The notes under the pieces: generated by a model
What the model saw: the letters and a program-made list of their open reading frames with translations, nothing else
Told to the model about the DNA's origin: nothing
The model's database searches: none
Part shown: one piece after another, positions 9,138 to 17,400 of the stretch
Layout: every line of letters begins with the position of its first letter
Position numbering within the stretch: position 1 is the first letter of the stretch
Program-made: the position numbers and the translations under genes
From: Parcubacteria group bacterium GW2011_GWA2_47_21
GTDB taxonomy: Bacteria > Patescibacteriota > Minisyncoccia > Phycocordibacterales > DSPV01
Direction of reading: 5' to 3'
NCBI GenBank assembly: GCA_001000545.1
Contig: LCOC01000001.1
Location: 1 to 45,593, forward strand
Length of the DNA: 45,593 nucleotides

Positions 9138-10208
9138 ATGATTTTAAACGCCGTAAAAATCCTTTTGCCCGCCGCCGTCGCGTTCTTTGTCGGAATCGGC
9201 ATAACTCCCGCTTTGACTCACTTTCTTTACAAATATAAATTTTGGAAAAAGAAAGCGGGTAAGAAAACCTTTGACGGAGAAGAGACGCCAATCTTTAACT
9301 CGCTTCACGCCGGCAGGGAAGTGGGCATTCCTAAAATGGGCGGGCTGGTGATTTTAGCTTCGGTCGCTATTACAACTTTCCTGCTTTGGGCAATAGGCAG
9401 TATTTGGCCCCAGAGCGTTTTCCCTAAACTTGACTTCTTAAGCCGAGACCAGACATGGCTCCCGCTTTTTACTTTAATTGCCGGCGGCCTAATCGGTCTC
9501 ATAGACGACTTTCTGGAAGTCAAAGGAAGCGGTGATTATATTGCCGGCGGATTGTCGCTTAGAAAGCGCTTGATTTTGGTTGCCGCCATTGCTTTGGGCG
9601 CGGCCGCTTGGTTTTATTTAAAACTTGATGTGGCCGCCATCGGGGTACCGTTTCTAGGCGATGTCAATATCGGCCTTTTCTTTATACCGTTTTTTATCTT
9701 GACGGTTATCGGCATTTATTCGGGTGGAGTGATCGACGGCATTGACGGTTTGGCCGGCGGCATTTTCGCGACAATCTTCGGCGCTTATTCCATAATCGCT
9801 TTCGCCCAAGAACAGATAAATCTCGCAGCTTTCTCCGCCGTGGTCGCCGGAGGTATTTTGGCTTTTCTTTGGTTTAATATCCCGCCGGCGCGATTTTATA
9901 TGTCCGAAACCGGCACGATGGGGCTGACCATCGCGTTGGCCATCGTCGCTTTTATGACGGACAGCGTCGGCGAAGGGCACGGCGTTTTAGCGCTCCCGAT
10001 TATCGCCGCGCCCCTTGTGCTGACAACCGCTTCTGACATTATCCAAGTAACGGCAAAAAAAATTTTTGGCAAAAAGGTCTTTGTGATTGCCCCGCTCCAC
10101 CATCATTTTGAAGCCAAGGGCTGGCCTTCTTATAAAGTGGTAATGCGTTACTGGGTCTTGGGCATTATTTTCGCCGTGCTGGGGGTCGTTTTTGCTTTGA
10201 TTGGATAA
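9138..10208 (+). CDS. mraY: Phospho-N-acetylmuramoyl-pentapeptide transferase
   Basis: PKMGG, IGLIDD, DGIDGLA, FNIPPARFYM, APLHHHFE. Confidence 0.95.
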   Translation: MILNAVKILLPAAVAFFVGIGITPALTHFLYKYKFWKKKAGKKTFDGEETPIFNSLHAGREVGIPKMGGLVILASVAITTFLLWAIGSIWPQSVFPKLDFLSRDQTWLPLFTLIAGGLIGLIDDFLEVKGSGDYIAGGLSLRKRLILVAAIALGAAAWFYLKLDVAAIGVPFLGDVNIGLFFIPFFILTVIGIYSGGVIDGIDGLAGGIFATIFGAYSIIAFAQEQINLAAFSAVVAGGILAFLWFNIPPARFYMSETGTMGLTIALAIVAFMTDSVGEGHGVLALPIIAAPLVLTTASDIIQVTAKKIFGKKVFVIAPLHHHFEAKGWPSYKVVMRYWVLGIIFAVLGVVFALIG

Positions 10209-10209
10209 A

Positions 10210-11322
10210 ATGAATTTCCTTACGCCATCCGCTAAAAAAATTGACAGAGTTTTCCTGATATCCTCGTTATTAATCGTCTTTGCCGGGGTCTTAATTTTTT
10301 CGTCCGCTTCGCTCGGCCTTTTGGTCAAAGACGGCCCTAATTTGGGCCATGTGGTTTTCAGCCAGCTCTTTCTTGGTCTGGCGCTCGGACTCGTCGGACT
10401 CTTTGCCTGCTCCAAAATAAACTACCGCGTCTGGCGCAAGTGGTCTTTTTACATATTCATCGGCGCCTTAATTTTAAATTTAATAGTGTTTCTGCCGAGA
10501 CTCGGATTAACCCACGGCGGCGCCACTCGCTGGATTGAGATAGGGGGTTTGACTTTCCAACCGTCTGAATTTTTAAAGCTGGCTTTCGCCCTCTACTTGG
10601 CGGCTTGGCTTTCAGGGATGAGAGAAAAGGTCAAAACGGCAAAGTGGGGGCTGTTCCCTTTACTCCTTATCTTAAGCGTGATAGCTCTGATAATTTTTGC
10701 TCAACGCGACACCGATACCTTCTTTGTTATGACCGCTGCCGGTCTCATCATGTATTTGGTGGCGGGCGGAAAATTAAAACACCTCGCCGTTATCGCTTTG
10801 ACGGGTCTGGCCGTCATCTTTGTTTTGGTGATTTCCCGCCCTTACCTCATGACCAGAATAACGACTTTCATAAATCCCGACGACAACCCGAGCGGTTCCG
10901 GCTACCAAATCCAGCAATCTTTAATTGCCATCGGCTCCGGCGGGCTTTCCGGCAGGGGATTCGGCCAAAGCGCTCAGAAATTTATTTTACCGGAACCGGT
11001 GGGCGATTCTATCTTCTCCGTCGCGGCGGAAGAATTCGGTTTCTTGGGGAGCACTCTTTTGATTGCGTTATTCGTATTTTTTGCCATTCGGGGGTTTAAA
11101 GTCGGCGCCCGAGCGCCGGACCAGTTCGGTGGTCTGATAGTCGTTGGTATTATCAGTATGATAATGGTTCAATCATTTATGAATATGGCCGCTATGATGG
11201 GCATTATTCCGCTTTCCGGTATGCCGCTCATCTTTATCAGCCACGGCGGCACGGCGTTGTTCGTGGCGCTGTGCGAAGTGGGCATTATTCTTAATGTTTC
11301 AAGATACGGGAGATTGGATTAA
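10210..11322 (+). CDS. ftsW: SEDS peptidoglycan glycosyltransferase FtsW
   Basis: GATRWI, FQPSEFLK, GYQIQQS, AEEFGF, PLIFISHGG; between mraY and murG. Confidence 0.93.
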   Translation: MNFLTPSAKKIDRVFLISSLLIVFAGVLIFSSASLGLLVKDGPNLGHVVFSQLFLGLALGLVGLFACSKINYRVWRKWSFYIFIGALILNLIVFLPRLGLTHGGATRWIEIGGLTFQPSEFLKLAFALYLAAWLSGMREKVKTAKWGLFPLLLILSVIALIIFAQRDTDTFFVMTAAGLIMYLVAGGKLKHLAVIALTGLAVIFVLVISRPYLMTRITTFINPDDNPSGSGYQIQQSLIAIGSGGLSGRGFGQSAQKFILPEPVGDSIFSVAAEEFGFLGSTLLIALFVFFAIRGFKVGARAPDQFGGLIVVGIISMIMVQSFMNMAAMMGIIPLSGMPLIFISHGGTALFVALCEVGIILNVSRYGRLD

Positions 11323-11388
11323 AAATATCAATGTATAATGGGCGCAACGAGTATTGTCCCAATTACCGTTAAACATTAAAATGAACCT

Positions 11389-12516
11389 ATGAAAATCCTA
11401 TTGACAGGCGGCGGTTCGGGCGGGCATTTCTACCCGATTATCGCCGTGGCTGAAGCGCTCCGAGAAATCGCCAAAGAGGAAAGATTGTTCAACTTGGAAC
11501 TTTATTTTATGTCCGACCGGGCGTACAGCCGGCAAATTCTTTTTGAACAGGACATAATCTTCAAAAAAGTGTCCGCCGGAAAAAGGCGCTTGTATTTCTC
11601 TCCCAGAAACATTATTGATTTATTCAAAACAGCCATCGGAGTGTTAAAAGCGATTTTTGAGATGTATAAGATTTTTCCCGATGTCGTTTTCGGCAAAGGC
11701 GGTTACGCCAGTTTTCCGGCGCTTTTTGCCGCCAAAACACTTAAAGTTCCCGTCCTCATTCACGAATCAGACAGCACACCGGGACGAGTCAATATCTGGG
11801 CGGCGGAATTCGCCAGAGGCATTGCCGTTTCTTTCCCCTCCGCCGCCGATTATTTTCCCAAAGAAAAAGTGGTCTATACCGGCAACCCCATAAGAAAAGC
11901 GATACAAGCCGTCTCGCCGGAGGGCGCCTACGAACTTCTAAATCTTGAAAAATATGTGCCGGTTGTTTTTATTCTAGGCGGGTCGCTTGGCGCCGAAATT
12001 ATAAATGATGTCATCATAGACGCCTTGCCGGAATTGGTAAAAAAATACCAAGTGATTCACCAAACCGGCATCGCGAATTTTAAAATTGTTTCCGACACGG
12101 CAATATTGAATTTAATGGACCATTCGAATAAGAACCGCTACCACCCTTTTGAGTACTTAAATGATTTAAAACTCAAGGCGGCAGCCGGCGTGGCCGATGT
12201 AATCATATCCCGCGCCGGTTCAACGATTTTTGAAATCGCCTTATGGGGCAAACCGTCAATCATTATCCCCATCACCGAATCGCACGACGACCACCAGCGC
12301 CGCAACGCTTTCAATTACGCCCGTTCCGGCGCCGCCACCGTTATTGAAGAAAATAATCTCGCCGCCAACGTCTTGCTCTCGGAGATTGATAGAATAATAA
12401 ACAATTCCGTTGAAAGAGAAAAAATGGCGGCGGCGGCCAAAAACTTCGCCCACGCCAACGCCGCGGAAAAAATCGCCAAAGAGCTTATTGCCATCGCCCT
12501 AGAACACGAAACCTGA
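11389..12516 (+). CDS. murG: Undecaprenyl-PP-MurNAc-pentapeptide GlcNAc transferase
   Basis: GGGSGGH, GGYAS, HESD, GNPIR, GGSLGA, SRAG, HQRRNA. Confidence 0.96.
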   Translation: MKILLTGGGSGGHFYPIIAVAEALREIAKEERLFNLELYFMSDRAYSRQILFEQDIIFKKVSAGKRRLYFSPRNIIDLFKTAIGVLKAIFEMYKIFPDVVFGKGGYASFPALFAAKTLKVPVLIHESDSTPGRVNIWAAEFARGIAVSFPSAADYFPKEKVVYTGNPIRKAIQAVSPEGAYELLNLEKYVPVVFILGGSLGAEIINDVIIDALPELVKKYQVIHQTGIANFKIVSDTAILNLMDHSNKNRYHPFEYLNDLKLKAAAGVADVIISRAGSTIFEIALWGKPSIIIPITESHDDHQRRNAFNYARSGAATVIEENNLAANVLLSEIDRIINNSVEREKMAAAAKNFAHANAAEKIAKELIAIALEHET

Positions 12517-12548
12517 TACTCCTCCCTAGAGTATGATAAAATGGCTTC

Positions 12549-13937
12549 ATGGAAAAGAAGCCGATTGTCAGGTTCGCGCCCAGCCCCACCGGTCCCTTTC
12601 ATGTCGGGGGAGCGAGAACCGCGCTCTTCAATTACCTTTTCGCCAAACAAAACGGCGGAAAATTTATCTTACGCGTTGAAGATACGGATAAGGAAAGAAG
12701 CGAACCGAAATACGAGGAGGATATTATTGATTCCTTGAAATGGCTCGGCCTTTCTTATGACGAGGTGTATCGCCAGTCGGATAGGGGAGATGCCCATAAA
12801 AAATACTTGAAACAACTGGTTGATTCCGGCCACGCCTACATCTCCAAAGAACAACCGGCTACCGACCTGCCTCTGCAGGCAGGCAACCGACAACCGACGG
12901 CAAATACGGGTCGGAGAGAGGAGGTCATCAGATTTAAAAATCCCAATAAGAAGGTCGCTTGGCGGGATTTAATCAAGGGAGAGATAGAATTTGACACAAC
13001 CGAGCTTAAAGATTTCGTGATAGCAAAAAGTTTTGACGAGCCCCTTTTTCACCTGGCCGTCGTCGTAGACGATTTTTTAATGGGTATCACCCATGTGATA
13101 AGAGGCGAGGACCATATTTCAAACACTCCCCGCCAAATTTTGATTCAGGAGGCGATAAACGCGCCAAGACCCAAATATGCCCACATCCCGCTTATATTGG
13201 CGGCTGATAAATCAAAGCTTTCCAAGAGAAAACACGGCGAGTCGGTTTCCGTTTCATACTACAAAAAAGAGGGCTATTTGCCTGAGGCCCTGATTAACTT
13301 TTTGGCTTTCCTTGGCTGGAATCCGGGAGATGATAAAGAGATAATGTCTGTTGGCGAGTTGATAAAAGAATTCAACCTGTCAAAAGTCCAAAAAAGTGGC
13401 GCTATCTTCAATGAAGATAAACTCCGCTGGCTCAATCGCGAGTACATAAGAAAGGGGGTAGGGGAAGACAACACCTTCGTAATGAGTAGCGTGCCGGAAG
13501 AATTCAAAATGGGGAGAAACGGGAAAGAGTTGAAAGAACTTCTTACGGTGGTATTTGAACGGTTGTCTACATTAAGCGAGTTTAGAAAGGAAACAAAAGC
13601 GGGGGAATGGGATTTCCTAGTAAAAGGTAGGAAGATTAAATATGATTCGGAGTTACTTTGCCGCGCTCTTGACAGAAATGACACATTATTACATTTAAGT
13701 AAAGCGGGTGAAATCCTACAAGAGCTTCCTGACGGCTCATTTACAAGCCAGTCCGTCAAAGAAAAAATATTTCCTTACGCTGAAAAATCCGGCAAAAAGA
13801 ATATCCTGTGGCCCTTGCGCGTGGCGCTCTCCGGCAAAGAAAAATCGCCAGACCCTTTCACTATTCTGGCGCTTATCGGCCGGGCCGAAGCCGTTCTGCG
13901 CCTTCGAGCGGCGGTGGAATTCTTGAGACAGAGTTGA
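12549..13937 (+). CDS. gltX: Glutamyl-tRNA synthetase
   Basis: RFAPSPTG, HVGG, RGEDH, KLSKR; zinc-binding region replaced by a short repeat-derived insert. Confidence 0.96.
   Translation: MEKKPIVRFAPSPTGPFHVGGARTALFNYLFAKQNGGKFILRVEDTDKERSEPKYEEDIIDSLKWLGLSYDEVYRQSDRGDAHKKYLKQLVDSGHAYISKEQPATDLPLQAGNRQPTANTGRREEVIRFKNPNKKVAWRDLIKGEIEFDTTELKDFVIAKSFDEPLFHLAVVVDDFLMGITHVIRGEDHISNTPRQILIQEAINAPRPKYAHIPLILAADKSKLSKRKHGESVSVSYYKKEGYLPEALINFLAFLGWNPGDDKEIMSVGELIKEFNLSKVQKSGAIFNEDKLRWLNREYIRKGVGEDNTFVMSSVPEEFKMGRNGKELKELLTVVFERLSTLSEFRKETKAGEWDFLVKGRKIKYDSELLCRALDRNDTLLHLSKAGEILQELPDGSFTSQSVKEKIFPYAEKSGKKNILWPLRVALSGKEKSPDPFTILALIGRAEAVLRLRAAVEFLRQS
12852..12897. repeat. In-frame palindrome within a heptamer array inside gltX
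   Basis: caaccgg-ctaccga-[CCTGCCT-ctgc-AGGCAGG]-caaccga-caaccga. Confidence 0.75.
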
Positions 13938-13955
13938 TTAAAATCCCCATCTAAA

Positions 13956-15254
13956 ATGACGACGCGAGTCCCGCGAATTAAATATAATGCGAATGCCGCC
14001 GGTATCGCCGCCATCATTCTGCTATCAAACTTCATGACGGCAAGCGCCGCACAGGTGGACACCATCTCTGATTTGCAGCAGAAAATCCGCGAGCGAAACG
14101 AAGAAATCAGCAAACTTGAGGCGGAAATCGTCATTTACCAAAGCGAAGTTGGGAAAACGGTTAAAGAAGCAAATACGCTTCAAAACACCTTAAAGGCACT
14201 GGACTTGTCGCGCAAAAAACTGGTTGCCGATATTGGGGTTACTACTAGCAAAATTAGCAAAGCGAATTTGGAATTAGACCAATTATCTTTGGCAATTCAA
14301 GGCAAAGAATCGGATATTTCGGAAAATCACGAGGCCATAGCCGAATCGGTGCGAAGAATCAACGAAGCGGACGCCAACAATCTCGTGGAAATAATGCTCT
14401 TTGCCGAAAGTATTTCAGATTTCTGGAATGACATTGAACGGCAGAAACAATTCCAGCTCGGCCTTACGGCGCGTTTGGAAATTCTTAAGAACCTCAAGGC
14501 CGATTTAGAAACTAATCACAAAGAAGTCGGATTGAAAAAATCCCAACTGGAATCGCTTCAAAGGCAATTGTCGGACCAGAAAAAAATCATTGAGATAAAC
14601 CAAAAGGAAAAGGATGGCATATTAAGGGCGACAAAAAACAAAGAATCCGCATTCCGAAAAACCCTTGAAGAAAAACTGGCTTTGAAAGAGGCCTTTGAAG
14701 AGGAGCTCTTAGAATTTGAATCCAAACTCCAGCTGGAAATTGACCCGACTAAATTGCCGAAAACCGGCAGCGGGGTCCTAAAGTGGCCTCTGGCCTCGGT
14801 CTTCGTAACCCAATACTTCGGCAATACGACTTTCGCCAAAACCACAAACGCTTATAGCGGGAAGGGGCACAACGGCATTGACCTGCGCGCCGGAACTGGC
14901 ACGCCAATCTTAAGCGCCGCCTCCGGCACCGTAGCGGGCACCGGCGACACCGATACTGTCTGTCCCGGCGCGTCGTACGGTAAATGGGTGTTAATTACTC
15001 ATGAAAACGGTCTTTCCACGCTTTACGCGCATTTATCGCTGATTAAGGTCGTGCCGGGCCAAAATATCGGCACGGGCGAACTTGTGGGTTATAGCGGCAA
15101 TACCGGCTACTCAACGGGCCCACACTTACATTTCACCGTTTATGCCACTCAAGGCGTGCAAATTCTAGAAAGAAAAAGCCGGGTCTGCGGCGGAACTTAC
15201 CGAATGCCGGTTGCGGACTTGAAAGCGTATATTAATCCGCTGTTGTATTTGTAA
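13956..15254 (+). CDS. Coiled-coil M23 family murein endopeptidase
   Basis: Signal peptide, long coiled coil, HNGID (HxxxD) and HLH zinc motifs. Confidence 0.92.
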   Translation: MTTRVPRIKYNANAAGIAAIILLSNFMTASAAQVDTISDLQQKIRERNEEISKLEAEIVIYQSEVGKTVKEANTLQNTLKALDLSRKKLVADIGVTTSKISKANLELDQLSLAIQGKESDISENHEAIAESVRRINEADANNLVEIMLFAESISDFWNDIERQKQFQLGLTARLEILKNLKADLETNHKEVGLKKSQLESLQRQLSDQKKIIEINQKEKDGILRATKNKESAFRKTLEEKLALKEAFEEELLEFESKLQLEIDPTKLPKTGSGVLKWPLASVFVTQYFGNTTFAKTTNAYSGKGHNGIDLRAGTGTPILSAASGTVAGTGDTDTVCPGASYGKWVLITHENGLSTLYAHLSLIKVVPGQNIGTGELVGYSGNTGYSTGPHLHFTVYATQGVQILERKSRVCGGTYRMPVADLKAYINPLLYL

Positions 15255-15304
15255 AATACCAATACAATATACGAGATACGAGTTTAAAATATTTTTTTCA
15301 GAGA

Positions 15305-15607
15305 ATGCTTAATAAAAATACAAATCACCGTGGGCGAATCCTAGTAACCGCGCTTATTGTGGTCGGGCTTGTCGGCTTGATGGCTTATTTTGACATCAAC
15401 GCTAGGGAACTCGCCGATAAAGCCACTAAAAGCCCGGCTGGCGCATTCGTAATGACAAATTTTGACAAGGCGAAAAAAATTTTGATACCGGTCGTTAGAA
15501 ATAGTTGGACGGTAGTTGCGGATTCTCATACATGGTCAGCCATACAAACTTTTACCTCCGCATTTATTGCTAACATAATTTACACAGAAGAAACTCAAAG
15601 CGAGTGA
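15305..15607 (+). CDS. Hypothetical membrane-anchored protein
   Basis: 100 aa, single N-terminal TM. Confidence 0.6.
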   Translation: MLNKNTNHRGRILVTALIVVGLVGLMAYFDINARELADKATKSPAGAFVMTNFDKAKKILIPVVRNSWTVVADSHTWSAIQTFTSAFIANIIYTEETQSE

Positions 15608-15627
15608 TTACTAATTACTATTTGAAG

Positions 15628-16305
15628 ATGGAACCACGGACAACAAAAAATAAATGGACCATTTCTAATATTAAAGACGGCTTTGAGAGATTTTTTCGTG
15701 ACTATTCTAGATATCCTACAGCCACAGAAATAGACGGATGTGATTATTTACCTTCATCCAGGCAAATACAGAGAAGATTTGGCGGTTTGCCTCGTCTTCG
15801 CGAAACTCTTAAACTTAAAGGAGTCCATGATTTCACTAAAGGCGAATACAGCTCAAATAGAGCAAAAAAAATAAATAAACGCTCTTATGAACTTGAAACC
15901 CAAATCTATCGCTATCTACTAGATAGATTCGGAAAACCATTTGTTCACCGTGAGTATCTTTTTAACGATGACAGAAGAACGCGAACGGATTTTTTTGTTT
16001 TTTGCTCAAACGGAAATTTCTCTGTGGATGTATTTTATCCGAGTGATAAGAAAAATATGACCGGCTGTATCAATAGTAAACTTAAAACATATAGCAGCAA
16101 TCACACACTCCAGTACCCTGTGATTTTCTTAATGATGAATGATGAGATTCAAGAATCTGAGATTGAAGCTATGATAAAGAAGAAAACAAAACCCCTCAAA
16201 GATTATCAGAAGATAATGACAATGAATCAATTCAAGAAATTCTGCGAAGGAAGGAAGAACAGCGATAAAAGCTCCAATCCAACCAATGTCGCACAAGTTA
16301 TCTGA
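15628..16305 (+). CDS. Hypothetical protein, putative helical repeat plus PD-(D/E)xK-like nuclease domain
   Basis: N-terminal YPT..E.....PS..QIQRRFGG resembles the homing-endonuclease-associated repeat; C-terminal REY...RTDFFV...VDV resembles a PD-(D/E)xK fold; AT-rich. Confidence 0.6.
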   Translation: MEPRTTKNKWTISNIKDGFERFFRDYSRYPTATEIDGCDYLPSSRQIQRRFGGLPRLRETLKLKGVHDFTKGEYSSNRAKKINKRSYELETQIYRYLLDRFGKPFVHREYLFNDDRRTRTDFFVFCSNGNFSVDVFYPSDKKNMTGCINSKLKTYSSNHTLQYPVIFLMMNDEIQESEIEAMIKKKTKPLKDYQKIMTMNQFKKFCEGRKNSDKSSNPTNVAQVI

Positions 16306-16393
16306 ATAAAAGATATATTGTGCGACACGGCAATTTAAACTCTTGCCCCAGATGTCTGCCCTACCCCGAGCGGATTTTCTTCAGAAATTCAGC

Positions 16394-16430
16394 AAAACAA
16401 AATCTCCGCCGTAGGCGGAGATTTTGTTTT
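16394..16430. terminator. Bidirectional intrinsic terminator
   Basis: AAAACAAAATCTCCGCC-gta-GGCGGAGATTTTGTTTT between convergent genes. Confidence 0.85.
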
Positions 16431-16441
16431 TAAAGCTTTGA

Positions 16442-16906
16442 TTACCTTCTGCTGATACTCATCCAAGAGTCCGAATTATTCCAGCAAGGAGCCGAGGCCT
16501 GCCAGGGCTTCGCGCCGTATTTGTTGTAAAGATACTTGGCGAAATCCATATTCCCTTCCAGGGTGTAAATGTCAAACCCAAGCGCATCGGCCTTATCACC
16601 ATGATAAAACTCGTTTATCTGCATTACACCGACATCGCCTCTGTTGACCTTCCCCCTAAGAATTTGCCCGTTCTTGCCTAAGTGCCGGAAAGTGGATTCG
16701 CATTTGGCAATTTCCGCGAGAATTGGCTCGTCCGTAAAATACTCGCGAACATAGGACTCCAAGGTCATCGGCCGGTCCAACTTTCTTTCCGAAACAACAA
16801 TATTTGTATCGGAAGGCGCAACATTCTCGTGAATCAGTACGGTTGTTTGAGCATGAGTCGCGGTGATGAAAGTAATCAAGCTTGTTAGCATTCCAAGTGT
16901 CATCAT
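16442..16906 (-). CDS. Secreted lysozyme-like / lytic transglycosylase (SLT-like) protein
   Basis: Signal-like N-terminus; IAKCES (catalytic E), GVMQIN, GNMDFAKYLY, PW..S..CW. Confidence 0.75.
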   Translation of the reverse strand: MMTLGMLTSLITFITATHAQTTVLIHENVAPSDTNIVVSERKLDRPMTLESYVREYFTDEPILAEIAKCESTFRHLGKNGQILRGKVNRGDVGVMQINEFYHGDKADALGFDIYTLEGNMDFAKYLYNKYGAKPWQASAPCWNNSDSWMSISRR

Positions 16907-17043
16907 AAATTTTCTTGATTAACCCGCCCGCTATTTCCAATGATTGTGGAAAATTAGAGGCGAGCATACTTACAAACCAATCCGCCTGGCGGCGGATTAT
17001 TCGTAAACTAAAAACCAGAGCTTGGCTCTGATTTACGCCGAAC

Positions 17044-17072
17044 ATCGTAGCAGAAAAAACACTTGCTGTCAA
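17044..17072 (-). promoter_or_regulatory. Sigma70 promoter of the SLT-like gene
   Basis: TTGACA-N17-TACGAT with extended TG on the minus strand. Confidence 0.7.
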
Positions 17073-17214
17073 GGTTATTTCGTTGTCTAAAAAACGGCTC
17101 TATTGGGGCGTTGTTTAGTGTTTTGTGACCCGTGTCTATTCTATTTTGTCCACCTTGTGAAGTTGAAAATATCTGCTAAAGCGCCCTACTTTATCCTCGT
17201 GGCCAAGGCGTTTT

Positions 17215-17243
17215 TTGACAAAAATTATCAAAAATGTTAATTT
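17215..17243 (+). promoter_or_regulatory. Sigma70 promoter of typA
   Basis: TTGACA-N17-TAATTT with extended TG. Confidence 0.65.
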
Positions 17244-17276
17244 GTATGGTCTGACTTCAAAAACCCCCATTAGCTT

Positions 17277-17384
17277 TGAATTACGAAACATAAAATTTTA
17301 GGTCCTCTGGCCGCAAAATCCCTAAGTTTTTTTTAAGGAGATTTTGCGGAACCAACCATAAAAAAATTTATGTTTTGTAATTCA
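17277..17384. repeat. Dispersed hairpin repeat family 1, copy 2 (in the typA leader)
   Basis: Terminal IR TGAATTACGAAACATAAA...TTTATGTTTTGTAATTCA; core matches 1213-1296 inverted. Confidence 0.85.
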
Positions 17385-17400
17385 CGCCTTTAACTAAAAT

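Noticed and set aside
16287-16327. dif/pdif Xer site
   Set aside because: The arms loosely resemble a XerC half-site, but there is no XerD-like TTATGTTAAAT arm at a 6-bp spacer.
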